A model generated the notes under the pieces. That model was not told the DNA's origin and ran no database searches. It saw nothing but the letters and a program-made list of their open reading frames with translations. Position numbers and translations under genes: made by a program. Of a DNA stretch of 64,000 bases, positions 39,194 through 47,851 are shown piece by piece. The DNA is taken from NCBI GenBank assembly GCA_050287085.1, contig JBNKBE010000006.1:1-64000 (forward strand), read 5' to 3'. Every line of letters starts with the position of its first letter. Position 1 is the first letter of the stretch. Origin of the DNA: Polyangiaceae bacterium (GTDB lineage Bacteria; Myxococcota_A; Polyangia; Polyangiales; Polyangiaceae).

Positions 39194-40780
39194 ATGGCAG
39201 AGGTTCACGGCGGTCGCCTGGTGGCGGAAGCGCTGCGCCGCAACGGGGTGCAATACGCGTTCACACTTTGTGGCGGTCACGTCCAAGCGATCTACGAGGG
39301 CTGCGTCCGCGAGGGCATTCGACTGATCGACACCCGCCACGAACACACCACCGTCGCCGCGGCTGAAGGAGTGGGACGCATCACGGGACGTCCGGGCGTC
39401 GCCATAGTTACCGCAGGTCCCGGGGCGACGAACGTCGTCACCGCCATGGCCAGCGCCGCCCGAGCCCAGATTCCGCTGGTGTGCTTGGCGGGCGCAGGGC
39501 CCCAAAGCCTCAAGGATATGGGCGCGCTAGCTGATCTCGACGGCGTGATGCTGATGCGGCCGCTGTGTAAGTGGGCAACGCGCGTAACCGAGACGCAGCG
39601 ACTGATGGAGTATATTGACACCGCCTTCAATCGCGCCCAAGCAGGTGTGCCTGGACCTGTTTACCTGGAACTGCCTCTCGACGTGTTGATGGGCCAAGCA
39701 CCAGCTACCCCCCCTCGCACGGCGCCCCTGGCGCCGATCCGCCCCGCGCCAGACGCGAGCGCCATAGAGCAGGTGGCGGAACTGCTGCGTCGCGCGGGAC
39801 GGCCAACCTTGCTGGTAGGTTCACAGCTCAACTTCAGCTCAGCTCAGCACGCATTGCAGCAGTTTGCGGAGCGCGTGGAGTTCCCCATCTATCTCAACGG
39901 TCTGGCGCGAGGTCTGCTGCCCCCAACCCACCCCTGCTTGCTCTCGCGCACTCGCCGCTCCGCCATGCGAGATAGCGATCTAATCCTGCTCCTCGGAACT
40001 CCCCTCGACTTTCGCCTCGGCTACGGCAGGAGCGCCGATTTCAATCCCGAGGCCAAGGTGGTACAGGTCGATCTGGACCCGAGTGAGCTGGGGAAGAACC
40101 GAGCGGTCGATGTCGCGCTCAACGCCGATACTGGCCTAACGCTGCAAGCTCTGGGTCGGGTGCTGGGTGAAAAGCGCTGCCCGGAGTGGTTAGCGGGCCT
40201 GAGCCGCGCCGAAGCCGAAGCCGAAGCCGAAGCGAACCCGAGCGAGTTGTCTTCCCGCAGGATCTACGAAGAAGTGGCAGCGCGCCTGCAGAGCGATGAT
40301 CTCTTGATCGCCGACGGCGGCGACTTCGCGACGGGAGCTGTGAGCAATATCTACCTCACCGCCCCCCAAAAGTGGCTCGACGCTGCGCCATTCGGCGCTC
40401 TGGGGATGGGACCGGGTTACGCGATGGCTGCGGCCCTAGCTCGTCCTGGCGGCAGGGCGGTGGCCTTCTTCGGCGACGGTGCCATCGGTTTTCACCTTGG
40501 CGAGTTTGAGGCAATGGCGCGCCAGGGACTACGCGTGCTTGCGATCGTCGGCAACGACGGCGGCTGGTCCCAGGAGCGACGGGCCCAACGACAGCTTTAT
40601 GAACTCGAACAACCTGTGGCAACGCGCTTGAGCCACGCCCGCTACGACAAGGTCGTGTCGGCCTTGGGCGGTCAAGGCTACTGGGTAGAGCAGTCCGAGG
40701 AGCTTGGGCCTGCGCTGGACGAAGCCTTCGGCGCCAATGTGCCGGCCTGCGTAAACGTGAAGCTGCCGCAAGCGGACTAG
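39194..40780 (+). CDS. Thiamine-diphosphate-dependent enzyme (acetolactate synthase-like / 2-hydroxyacyl-CoA lyase-like)
   Basis: FTLCGGH, DTRHE catalytic Glu, TAGPG.TN, PGPVYLELP.D and the GDG...GND ThDP motif. Confidence 0.88.
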   Translation: MAEVHGGRLVAEALRRNGVQYAFTLCGGHVQAIYEGCVREGIRLIDTRHEHTTVAAAEGVGRITGRPGVAIVTAGPGATNVVTAMASAARAQIPLVCLAGAGPQSLKDMGALADLDGVMLMRPLCKWATRVTETQRLMEYIDTAFNRAQAGVPGPVYLELPLDVLMGQAPATPPRTAPLAPIRPAPDASAIEQVAELLRRAGRPTLLVGSQLNFSSAQHALQQFAERVEFPIYLNGLARGLLPPTHPCLLSRTRRSAMRDSDLILLLGTPLDFRLGYGRSADFNPEAKVVQVDLDPSELGKNRAVDVALNADTGLTLQALGRVLGEKRCPEWLAGLSRAEAEAEAEANPSELSSRRIYEEVAARLQSDDLLIADGGDFATGAVSNIYLTAPQKWLDAAPFGALGMGPGYAMAAALARPGGRAVAFFGDGAIGFHLGEFEAMARQGLRVLAIVGNDGGWSQERRAQRQLYELEQPVATRLSHARYDKVVSALGGQGYWVEQSEELGPALDEAFGANVPACVNVKLPQAD

Positions 40781-40801
40781 GAACGCTCGACGGCAGCGGA
40801 G

Positions 40802-42628
40802 CTAGCTGCGCCGGCTGGGAACCGGATTCGGCTCCTTCTCCAGGTAGCGAAATACTGTCCGGGGGTCGACTCCAAGGTCGCGCGCAGCCTGCGTGCGATT
40901 GCCGCTATTGCGCTCCAGAACTTCGAGTACGTAGCGACGCTGAAAGTCTTCTTTTGCCTTCTCCAGCGGCACGATCGGCTCAACCGTGCCGTCATCCAGT
41001 TCGAGATCGTCCGACGTGATCAGGCCGCCCTCACACAACACGATCGCCTTCTTGATACGATTCTCTAACTGACGAATGTTGCCAGGCCACGGGTACTTGC
41101 GAATCGCAGACAATGCGCCCGGACTGAAGCCCTTCACTTTGGCTCCGAACTCGTCGGCGTACTTGCTGAGCAATGCCTTGGCGATGATCAGCACATCGTC
41201 TGCGCGATCGCGCAGCGCGGGAAGCGTCAGATTGACAACGTTGAGCCGGTAGTAAAGATCCTCCCGAAAGTCGCCCCGCTCAATCATCTCCTCGAGGTTC
41301 CGGTTGGTCGCCGCGAGCACACGGATGTCGCATTTCTCCGGGCGAGTATCGCCGACTCGGTAGACGACCCGCTCCTGAAGAGCCCGCAGCAGCTTGACCT
41401 GCAAAGGCGACGCGAGCTCGCCAACCTCGTCCAGAAAGAGCGTGCCACCGTCTGCCGCCTGGAACTTACCAGGACGGTTGGCGATGGCGCCAGTGAATGC
41501 ACCTCGCACGTGTCCGAAGAGTTCACTCTCGATCAGGTTCTCAGGAATCGCTCCGCAGTTGACGACAACAAAAGGGCCGCTGGCGCGATGACTGCGAGAA
41601 TGCAATTCGTGAGCGATCAGCTCCTTGCCTGTGCCCGTCTCGCCGGTGATCAAGACGCTGATGTCAGTCGTCGCCACCTTCTCCAGTTTGCGAAAGACGT
41701 CCAGCATGGACGAGCACGAGCCGATAATCGTCCCGAAGCGCTTGTCACTCAGTTCGCGAGTCAGCTTCTCTTTGTCCTCGCGCAAGGCCGAAACGAGCAA
41801 CGCGTTCTGAAGAATCAAAGACGCCTGACCGGCGAAGATGGTCAGAATGTCGAGCTGTGAACGATGGAAGAGATGACGCACCTCGTCGTTGCCAACATAG
41901 AGGACCCCCAGCGTTTGCCCTTGATAGACAAGAGGGGCACACATCACGGAGCTGAGCTTGAGCGCGATCACGCTCTCGCTCTTGCCGAAGGTGGCGTCCG
42001 ACAGTGCGTCGCTCACAATCAGAGGACGCTGCGTCGTCAGTACGTGGCGCACAATGCTATCGCTGATCACGCCAGCGGCATCTTCGAGGTCTTCGCGGCG
42101 TACGTTGCGCGCGGCCCGAACGCGAACCGGGGTGGTCTCCGTTGTCCCCGCGCCGTCGGCCAACAGCAGGGCCCCTCGAGATGCCCCTGTGATCTCGATC
42201 ATGCCATCCAACAACGCCTGCAAGAGCTCGTCCACAGAGCGGATTGTCATCATGCGCTCGCTGAACTCGTGCAGCTTCCTCAAGCCTCCAAGCTCGCCTG
42301 CGACACTGGGTTCCGGCGTAGCGACTACATCGGGCAGCTCGCTGAACATCGAGAAGCCCAGACTCGCGGTGCTCAGCTTGATGCGATCGCCCTCGGACAG
42401 CCGAATCCGGCGCTTGCGCTTGCCGTTGATCTCGATCTCTGCGTCGCGATGCAACTCTTCAATCTGGAAGTCGCGCCCATTGTGGACGATCTGGGCGTGG
42501 TGTTCGAGCACCCCCGGCTCCTGAATGCAAACATCATTGCCCCCGCCGCTGCCCAAGGTCACGATCGGCTTATGGATGGCGAACAGCACGGGAGGGCCGG
42601 ACGGGGGAAAGTATCGAAGCATCGCCAT
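40802..42628 (-). CDS. Sigma54-dependent enhancer-binding protein with FHA-like and GAF domains
   Basis: [48 protein letters not shown] and a Fis HTH. Confidence 0.93.
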   Translation of the reverse strand: MAMLRYFPPSGPPVLFAIHKPIVTLGSGGGNDVCIQEPGVLEHHAQIVHNGRDFQIEELHRDAEIEINGKRKRRIRLSEGDRIKLSTASLGFSMFSELPDVVATPEPSVAGELGGLRKLHEFSERMMTIRSVDELLQALLDGMIEITGASRGALLLADGAGTTETTPVRVRAARNVRREDLEDAAGVISDSIVRHVLTTQRPLIVSDALSDATFGKSESVIALKLSSVMCAPLVYQGQTLGVLYVGNDEVRHLFHRSQLDILTIFAGQASLILQNALLVSALREDKEKLTRELSDKRFGTIIGSCSSMLDVFRKLEKVATTDISVLITGETGTGKELIAHELHSRSHRASGPFVVVNCGAIPENLIESELFGHVRGAFTGAIANRPGKFQAADGGTLFLDEVGELASPLQVKLLRALQERVVYRVGDTRPEKCDIRVLAATNRNLEEMIERGDFREDLYYRLNVVNLTLPALRDRADDVLIIAKALLSKYADEFGAKVKGFSPGALSAIRKYPWPGNIRQLENRIKKAIVLCEGGLITSDDLELDDGTVEPIVPLEKAKEDFQRRYVLEVLERNSGNRTQAARDLGVDPRTVFRYLEKEPNPVPSRRS

Positions 42629-42816
42629 GGGTAACTCGAGGATAGTGCCGAGCGGGTGGCCACAGCCAGAGAATTTCCGGACGGATCGCGTCCACAGGAG
42701 AACATCGTCAAAAATCTCCAGCCGGCCGAAGCTGCGTGCAGCCAACCGACACCAAAATTTTGAGACTCCTGCCTGCTTGGACATCGCTCGGGCCGCGCCG
42801 CGAGTATGCTGCCAGC

Positions 42817-43896
42817 ATGCATCACACTCAGGGCTTCGCGCGCCGCTGGCAAGCCGTTGGCTACCTGGCGGGCCTGCTGGTCTCGACTGCCTGCGGCTCC
42901 CAGGAGCAAACGGGGTTCGGTGCCATGACCGTTGTCGGTCAGGGCATCGTCAACGACCCCGCCAACAAGACACTTCGCTTCGATCTGCTGCGTTATGGCT
43001 TGGCCAAGTTCTGCCATGAAATGCAGCAGCGAGGTGTTGCGTTGAAGCTTCGCGACGGCCAACCCATCGCGGGGCGCTTCTTCGCCAGCAGCTGCCAATC
43101 TGAGCTCTTGGAAAACGGCGAGCGGCAAACGCTAGCACTGCGCTACGCTGGGCGAGGCTACACGTGGACCAACGTGACTGGACGCGTTGGCTTCGAGGTT
43201 CAGGGCTTCATCGAATATGCGCCCGACTTCAAGTTGCACGATGACACGTTGTACATCTACTTCCGCCCCCAGAATGTCGACGCGAGCCGCTTCCATACGA
43301 CTCTAGTGGAGGCCCAGGCCCCCCAGGCTGGCCTGGCCGTATTGGGCGTCTCCGCAGATCAGTTGGGTCACGACACCCTGATCGGCCAACTCCGCCGCGG
43401 ATTCACCGTCGTCCGTGCTCGCGACGGCGCCACCGATTTCGCGCCCGGCTTGCTGCCGGCGGGCGAGCACCCGTTCCATCCCTTCGAGATTCGCGCTTCG
43501 GACAAGGTCACCCTCGACAACAATCGCACGGAGCTACATGCCGGCCAGCAGGACTATATCGGAGGTTTCGCCGTGGAGGAAGGTCAGGCGCTGTTCCTGA
43601 CTCTAACCCTGGACGGCGCCTCGGCCGTCGATGTGCTGGTTCTCCCCGAGGCGCAGGGGCGGCAAATGATCACCCAATACACCACGGTCGCGGGCCCAGC
43701 GGTCCCGCCAACGGCCCCCTACGGGGTGGTGCTCCCGGCAGCAACCGGCCTGCGACAGGGGCTTCCGCTCCCCGCAGGTCGCTACCTGCTACTGCTCGAT
43801 CACTCGAACGCGGTGGGGCAGGTTGCGCCCCCGCCCGGCTTCGCCCCGAGCGCCGCGCGAGTTGACTATCTGGTACAGGCCGGAGCCCGACCCTAG
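42817..43896 (+). CDS. Hypothetical lipoprotein
   Basis: Signal peptide with lipobox STAC, followed by a long open frame. Confidence 0.65.
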   Translation: MHHTQGFARRWQAVGYLAGLLVSTACGSQEQTGFGAMTVVGQGIVNDPANKTLRFDLLRYGLAKFCHEMQQRGVALKLRDGQPIAGRFFASSCQSELLENGERQTLALRYAGRGYTWTNVTGRVGFEVQGFIEYAPDFKLHDDTLYIYFRPQNVDASRFHTTLVEAQAPQAGLAVLGVSADQLGHDTLIGQLRRGFTVVRARDGATDFAPGLLPAGEHPFHPFEIRASDKVTLDNNRTELHAGQQDYIGGFAVEEGQALFLTLTLDGASAVDVLVLPEAQGRQMITQYTTVAGPAVPPTAPYGVVLPAATGLRQGLPLPAGRYLLLLDHSNAVGQVAPPPGFAPSAARVDYLVQAGARP

Positions 43897-44080
43897 CCAG
43901 AAGGGGGCGCTGCGGCGTGGTGAGCCCGCGCAATTCACCCTCGGGTCGGCCCCGACGAGAAGCTTGGAAGCGCAAGGTTGCCGTTCGGCGAGCTCGCGAC
44001 TAGAAACGGCCACGGCTGCGCAGGTACCCGTCCAGCATCGTGTGCGAGCGGGGCCTGCGACATTCATCCGGACATCAGCG

Positions 44081-45361
44081 GTGCAGAAAGACATACTCCT
44101 AGGCCACGCGACCCGCACCTTTTGGTACACGTTGGTGCCCATCGCTCTCGCCCTCGGCGTGGTTCGATACTGCAACTCCACCCCGGAGGCTTTGGGCCCG
44201 TTGGGCGCCTTCGTGCGAGAGCAGCAGATCCCAGCGCTGATCCTGCTCGTTACCCTGCTTGCCCTACTCATCTACTCGTTTCGCGACCACTTGCCCCTCA
44301 GCCAATACCTTGCGGGCCCCGGCGCAAGTCATGTCCCACAGGAATATCGCCAGGAGTTCATGCAAGCGCGCTCGCTGGCGGGAGAAATCGACTCCATTTT
44401 CGCCAAGCACCGTGCCAAGCTCGAGCAGCGCTTGCCCGCTGCAGTCCGAGAGCAGCTGAAGACCGCCCAGGGTGAACTGCAGACGTCCTTGCAGGCTGGG
44501 TCTTTTGACCCGAAGCGCTTTCTCGCTGCGTTCCACCAGACTCAGGACCTGGCTGACGTCCACCTCGCCAAGTACCGCAAAGGCGAAGCTCGCGAGTTCG
44601 TCGAAGCCCTGTTGACGGCACTGTTTTTCGCCGTGCTGCTTCGCACTTTGGTGGTTGAAGCCTTCAAAATCCCGTCGGGCTCGATGCTTCCCACGCTGCA
44701 GATAAACGATCACATCTTCGTCAGCAAGTTTTCCTACGGCCCCAATCTGCCGTTTAGCCATATCCGTCTGTGGCACAACCTGCCCCCCGAGCGGGGTGAC
44801 GTGATGGTCTTCGAGTTCCCCGACGTGCCCGCCGGAGAAGTAGGACAAGACTTCATCAAGCGTGTCATCGCGCTGCCCGGCGACACGCTCGAAGTCGAGA
44901 ATGGACACCCCATCATCAACGGCTTTCCCGTGCCATCTTGCTTCGTCGGGAAGTACAACTACCGCAGCGCTGACAACAGCAGCGCGCCGCGCGGGGACCT
45001 GTACGTGGAGTTCTTGGCTGACGAAGCCTACCTGACCGTCTACGCGGACGACGCGCGCACGGGCACCCAAGGTCCCTATGTGGTGGCACCGGGAGAGGTG
45101 ATGGTCATGGGTGACAACCGCCACAACAGCCTCGACTCGCGACTCTGGCACGGGGGCAAAGGCGGCGGCGTTCCCTTCCCCAACATCAAGGGACGGGCGC
45201 TCTTCGTCTGGCTGCCGTGGTCACGGCTGGGCACCCCCGTCATGGGCGAGCCCCAGCTGCCCGAGGGGATGTCGCCTGAGCTCACAAGCAAGATTCATCA
45301 GTGTTTGGCCAAGCGCCCCGCCGCAACGACCCCTCCTCCCCCGCTCAAGCCGGCACGCTAG
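44081..45361 (+). CDS. lepB: Signal peptidase I with N-terminal membrane/helical extension
   Basis: AFKIPSGSM.PTL (catalytic Ser), DFIKRVI..PGD (catalytic Lys) and MGDNR.NS.DSR. Start uncertain; GTG 44081 chosen. Confidence 0.92.
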   Translation: MQKDILLGHATRTFWYTLVPIALALGVVRYCNSTPEALGPLGAFVREQQIPALILLVTLLALLIYSFRDHLPLSQYLAGPGASHVPQEYRQEFMQARSLAGEIDSIFAKHRAKLEQRLPAAVREQLKTAQGELQTSLQAGSFDPKRFLAAFHQTQDLADVHLAKYRKGEAREFVEALLTALFFAVLLRTLVVEAFKIPSGSMLPTLQINDHIFVSKFSYGPNLPFSHIRLWHNLPPERGDVMVFEFPDVPAGEVGQDFIKRVIALPGDTLEVENGHPIINGFPVPSCFVGKYNYRSADNSSAPRGDLYVEFLADEAYLTVYADDARTGTQGPYVVAPGEVMVMGDNRHNSLDSRLWHGGKGGGVPFPNIKGRALFVWLPWSRLGTPVMGEPQLPEGMSPELTSKIHQCLAKRPAATTPPPPLKPAR

Positions 45362-45509
45362 CGGCGCGGGATTTGCGTCGCGCCAACGCTAGGAGGCCTG
45401 CCAGGAGGATGGCGAGTGTTTCCAATTCGTCCGCTTCGTGGTGCATGCAGTGATGCTACGCCCACTCCTGCCTGCTCCTTCCCCAAGACCCGAGCGCGGA
45501 GCGAGACCG

Positions 45510-45869
45510 CTACGCTGGCTCGCCCCGGGCCCGAATCCCCAACTGGATGCGCTGCGCACGCGCCTCTGTCGTCTGTCGCCAGGTCCACATCAGGGCTCCG
45601 ACCCAGGCAACGAATACCACGAGTCCGCCAATGCGAAGCAACGTCGGACTGCTCCCCGCCAAACGCAGCCAGGCCAAGTTGACAGCGACCTTCAGCGTAC
45701 AGGCCAGAGCGCCGACGTTGTAGGCGCGCAGCGCAGCCTTCTTCCAGTACTCAAACGCCCCCGCCGGCAAATGGCGGTTATCCTCGAGACGGTAGCCGAT
45801 TGTCTCAAGACGGCGCAGCATGATGATGCTGAGCAAGACGGCGGCGAGAATGTCATCGATTCTGAGCAT
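45510..45869 (-). CDS. Small hypothetical membrane protein
   Basis: Three hydrophobic segments; ATG start in an otherwise empty gap. Confidence 0.6.
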   Translation of the reverse strand: MLRIDDILAAVLLSIIMLRRLETIGYRLEDNRHLPAGAFEYWKKAALRAYNVGALACTLKVAVNLAWLRLAGSSPTLLRIGGLVVFVAWVGALMWTWRQTTEARAQRIQLGIRARGEPA

Positions 45870-46107
45870 TTGTGCGGGGGCCCTGGTTAATTTTGGAGCT
45901 TGAGCTAAGCTCTACTATCTCATGCGGGCTCTTGGCTACAAGGGTCCCTCGGAACCACCCATACCACAGTGCCCGAACACCCCTAAGATGTACGGGGTTC
46001 AGTGGAACGAACGCTTATTAGACACCAAAGCGGCCGGGGGGGAAGCCGGACCGCGGGGCCGCAAGCGATGGTGAGCCTCAGCTGGCAGGAAAGGAAACGC
46101 TAGGTCC

Positions 46108-47793
46108 GTGATTGAAGAGATCTTGAAACCAGGGCTCCGCCTCGGTGGTTTCGACCTGCTGGCCCCTATCGGTCGGGGCGGGATGGCCAGCGTATGGGTC
46201 GCACGCGGCTCAGCCCTCGGAGCTGGAGCTGCCCAGCATTTCGCCATCAAGATCATGCTGCCTGAACTCTCCGGCGAAATGGACTTCAGGGACCTATTCC
46301 TAGCTGAAGGGCGCCTAATCCGGAGCATTCAACACCCTCACGTCGTTCGCGTGTACGACGTCGGCGTCGAAGACAGTCTGCTCTACATCGCCATGGAGTG
46401 GGTCGAAGGCGCCTCCCTTCATTCGTTGATTGCCGAGGCAAACAAGCGCAGCCCGATCCCGACAGAAATGGCGGTGCGCCTCATCGCCGACACCGCCGCA
46501 GGTCTTCACGCCGCCCACGAAGCGCGGGATGAGCATGGCAACGTAAGGGGTGTGGTCCACTGCGACGTATCCCCCCACAACATCCTGGTCGGCCTCAAGC
46601 GAGGGGTTAAGCTGGTAGACTTTGGCGTCGCCGCAACCCTCAACAGCATGAGCGGCGGCTCGAGCCCTATCCGCGGCAAGTTCTCGTATATGTCACCGGA
46701 ACAGACCCGCGGCGAAACGCTGGATCGAAGGAGCGACGTTTTCTCCCTGGGAATCGTGCTCTTTGAGCTCACCACGGGTTATCGCCTATTTCGTGGTCAA
46801 ACGCCTCAGCAAGCGATCGATCTGGTCCGCAATGGGCCGATCACCGATCCGCGGCAATTGCGAGAAGACTACCCCGCCGCTTTGGCGGAAATTGTCATGC
46901 GTGCGCTGCGGCGAGATCCGGAAGAAAGGTTCCCAACCGCTGCCGGCCTCCGCAGCGCACTCGAGACTTTCCTGCACACGCAGCGCATCGTGGTCCCCAG
47001 CGCGGGTATCAACGCCTTGCTGGAACGCGTGCTGGGCGACAAGATCCTGGCGCAGCGCGCTGCAATCGACGCGGCGGAGCGAGAACTATTCGGGAGCGGG
47101 GTCAACACGCCCCCACCCCGCCTCGAAACCCCTTACGCGGCGACGGATGACGATACCGCCAGTGCGCTCAGTCGCACTTCCAGTCATCCGCCGGTCAAAC
47201 GCCATCGACCTTGGGTTCTCGCTACGGCGCTGGGCCTGGCAGCGGGCGGGGTTGGCGCTTGGACGCTGGCGCGGCAGGAGAGCCCCCTCGCCGTGAACGT
47301 CGAGCCCGGGGCCGACAAGAGCAAGCCCGCAGAGCTCACCGCCGCCAAGGCGAAGCGCTCGGCAGACGGCTCCGAAGGGGAACAAAGCGTCAGTGAGTCC
47401 GCGCTCCGAGGAGCCCCCGAGCCCGCTGCGAGCAGCACTCGCGCCTTCACCCTGTCAGCGCTGCCCAAGGCTCAAAGCACGGACGGGCCAGGGCCCGAAG
47501 GCTCGGCCAGCGGGGTCCAAGCCCAAGCAACCAGCGCGCCTGCAGGCGGCAGCGACGCGCAGCGCCTCGCCTCGGCAGTGCGTGCCGTCCGCGCCTGCGG
47601 CCGACAAGGCGGTCCCAAAGGCAAAGGGGCCGCACGCCTTTCGGTTGCCAGCGGCGGAACGATCGTCGCAGTGGGTCTCAGCGCGCCCTTCAACACCGGA
47701 ACGAATGCATCCTGTATCGCGGGCAAGTTCCGCGGCTTGCGGCTTCGTCCCGGCAAACCCAGAACGCTGGTGCGTAAGTTCACCGTGCGCTAG
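46108..47793 (+). CDS. Membrane-anchored Ser/Thr protein kinase with C-terminal Cys-bridged periplasmic domain
   Basis: IGRGGMA, FAIK, HCDVSPHN, DFGVA and GKFSYMSPEQ. TM helix, then a C-terminal C...CI domain resembling myxobacterial AgmX/TonB_C-like domains. Confidence 0.9.
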   Translation: MIEEILKPGLRLGGFDLLAPIGRGGMASVWVARGSALGAGAAQHFAIKIMLPELSGEMDFRDLFLAEGRLIRSIQHPHVVRVYDVGVEDSLLYIAMEWVEGASLHSLIAEANKRSPIPTEMAVRLIADTAAGLHAAHEARDEHGNVRGVVHCDVSPHNILVGLKRGVKLVDFGVAATLNSMSGGSSPIRGKFSYMSPEQTRGETLDRRSDVFSLGIVLFELTTGYRLFRGQTPQQAIDLVRNGPITDPRQLREDYPAALAEIVMRALRRDPEERFPTAAGLRSALETFLHTQRIVVPSAGINALLERVLGDKILAQRAAIDAAERELFGSGVNTPPPRLETPYAATDDDTASALSRTSSHPPVKRHRPWVLATALGLAAGGVGAWTLARQESPLAVNVEPGADKSKPAELTAAKAKRSADGSEGEQSVSESALRGAPEPAASSTRAFTLSALPKAQSTDGPGPEGSASGVQAQATSAPAGGSDAQRLASAVRAVRACGRQGGPKGKGAARLSVASGGTIVAVGLSAPFNTGTNASCIAGKFRGLRLRPGKPRTLVRKFTVR

Positions 47794-47851
47794 CGCGCAG
47801 CAGCCCCCCGAAACGGGTGAGTGCTGCGCGCCGCTGCCCTAACGCCGCCCC

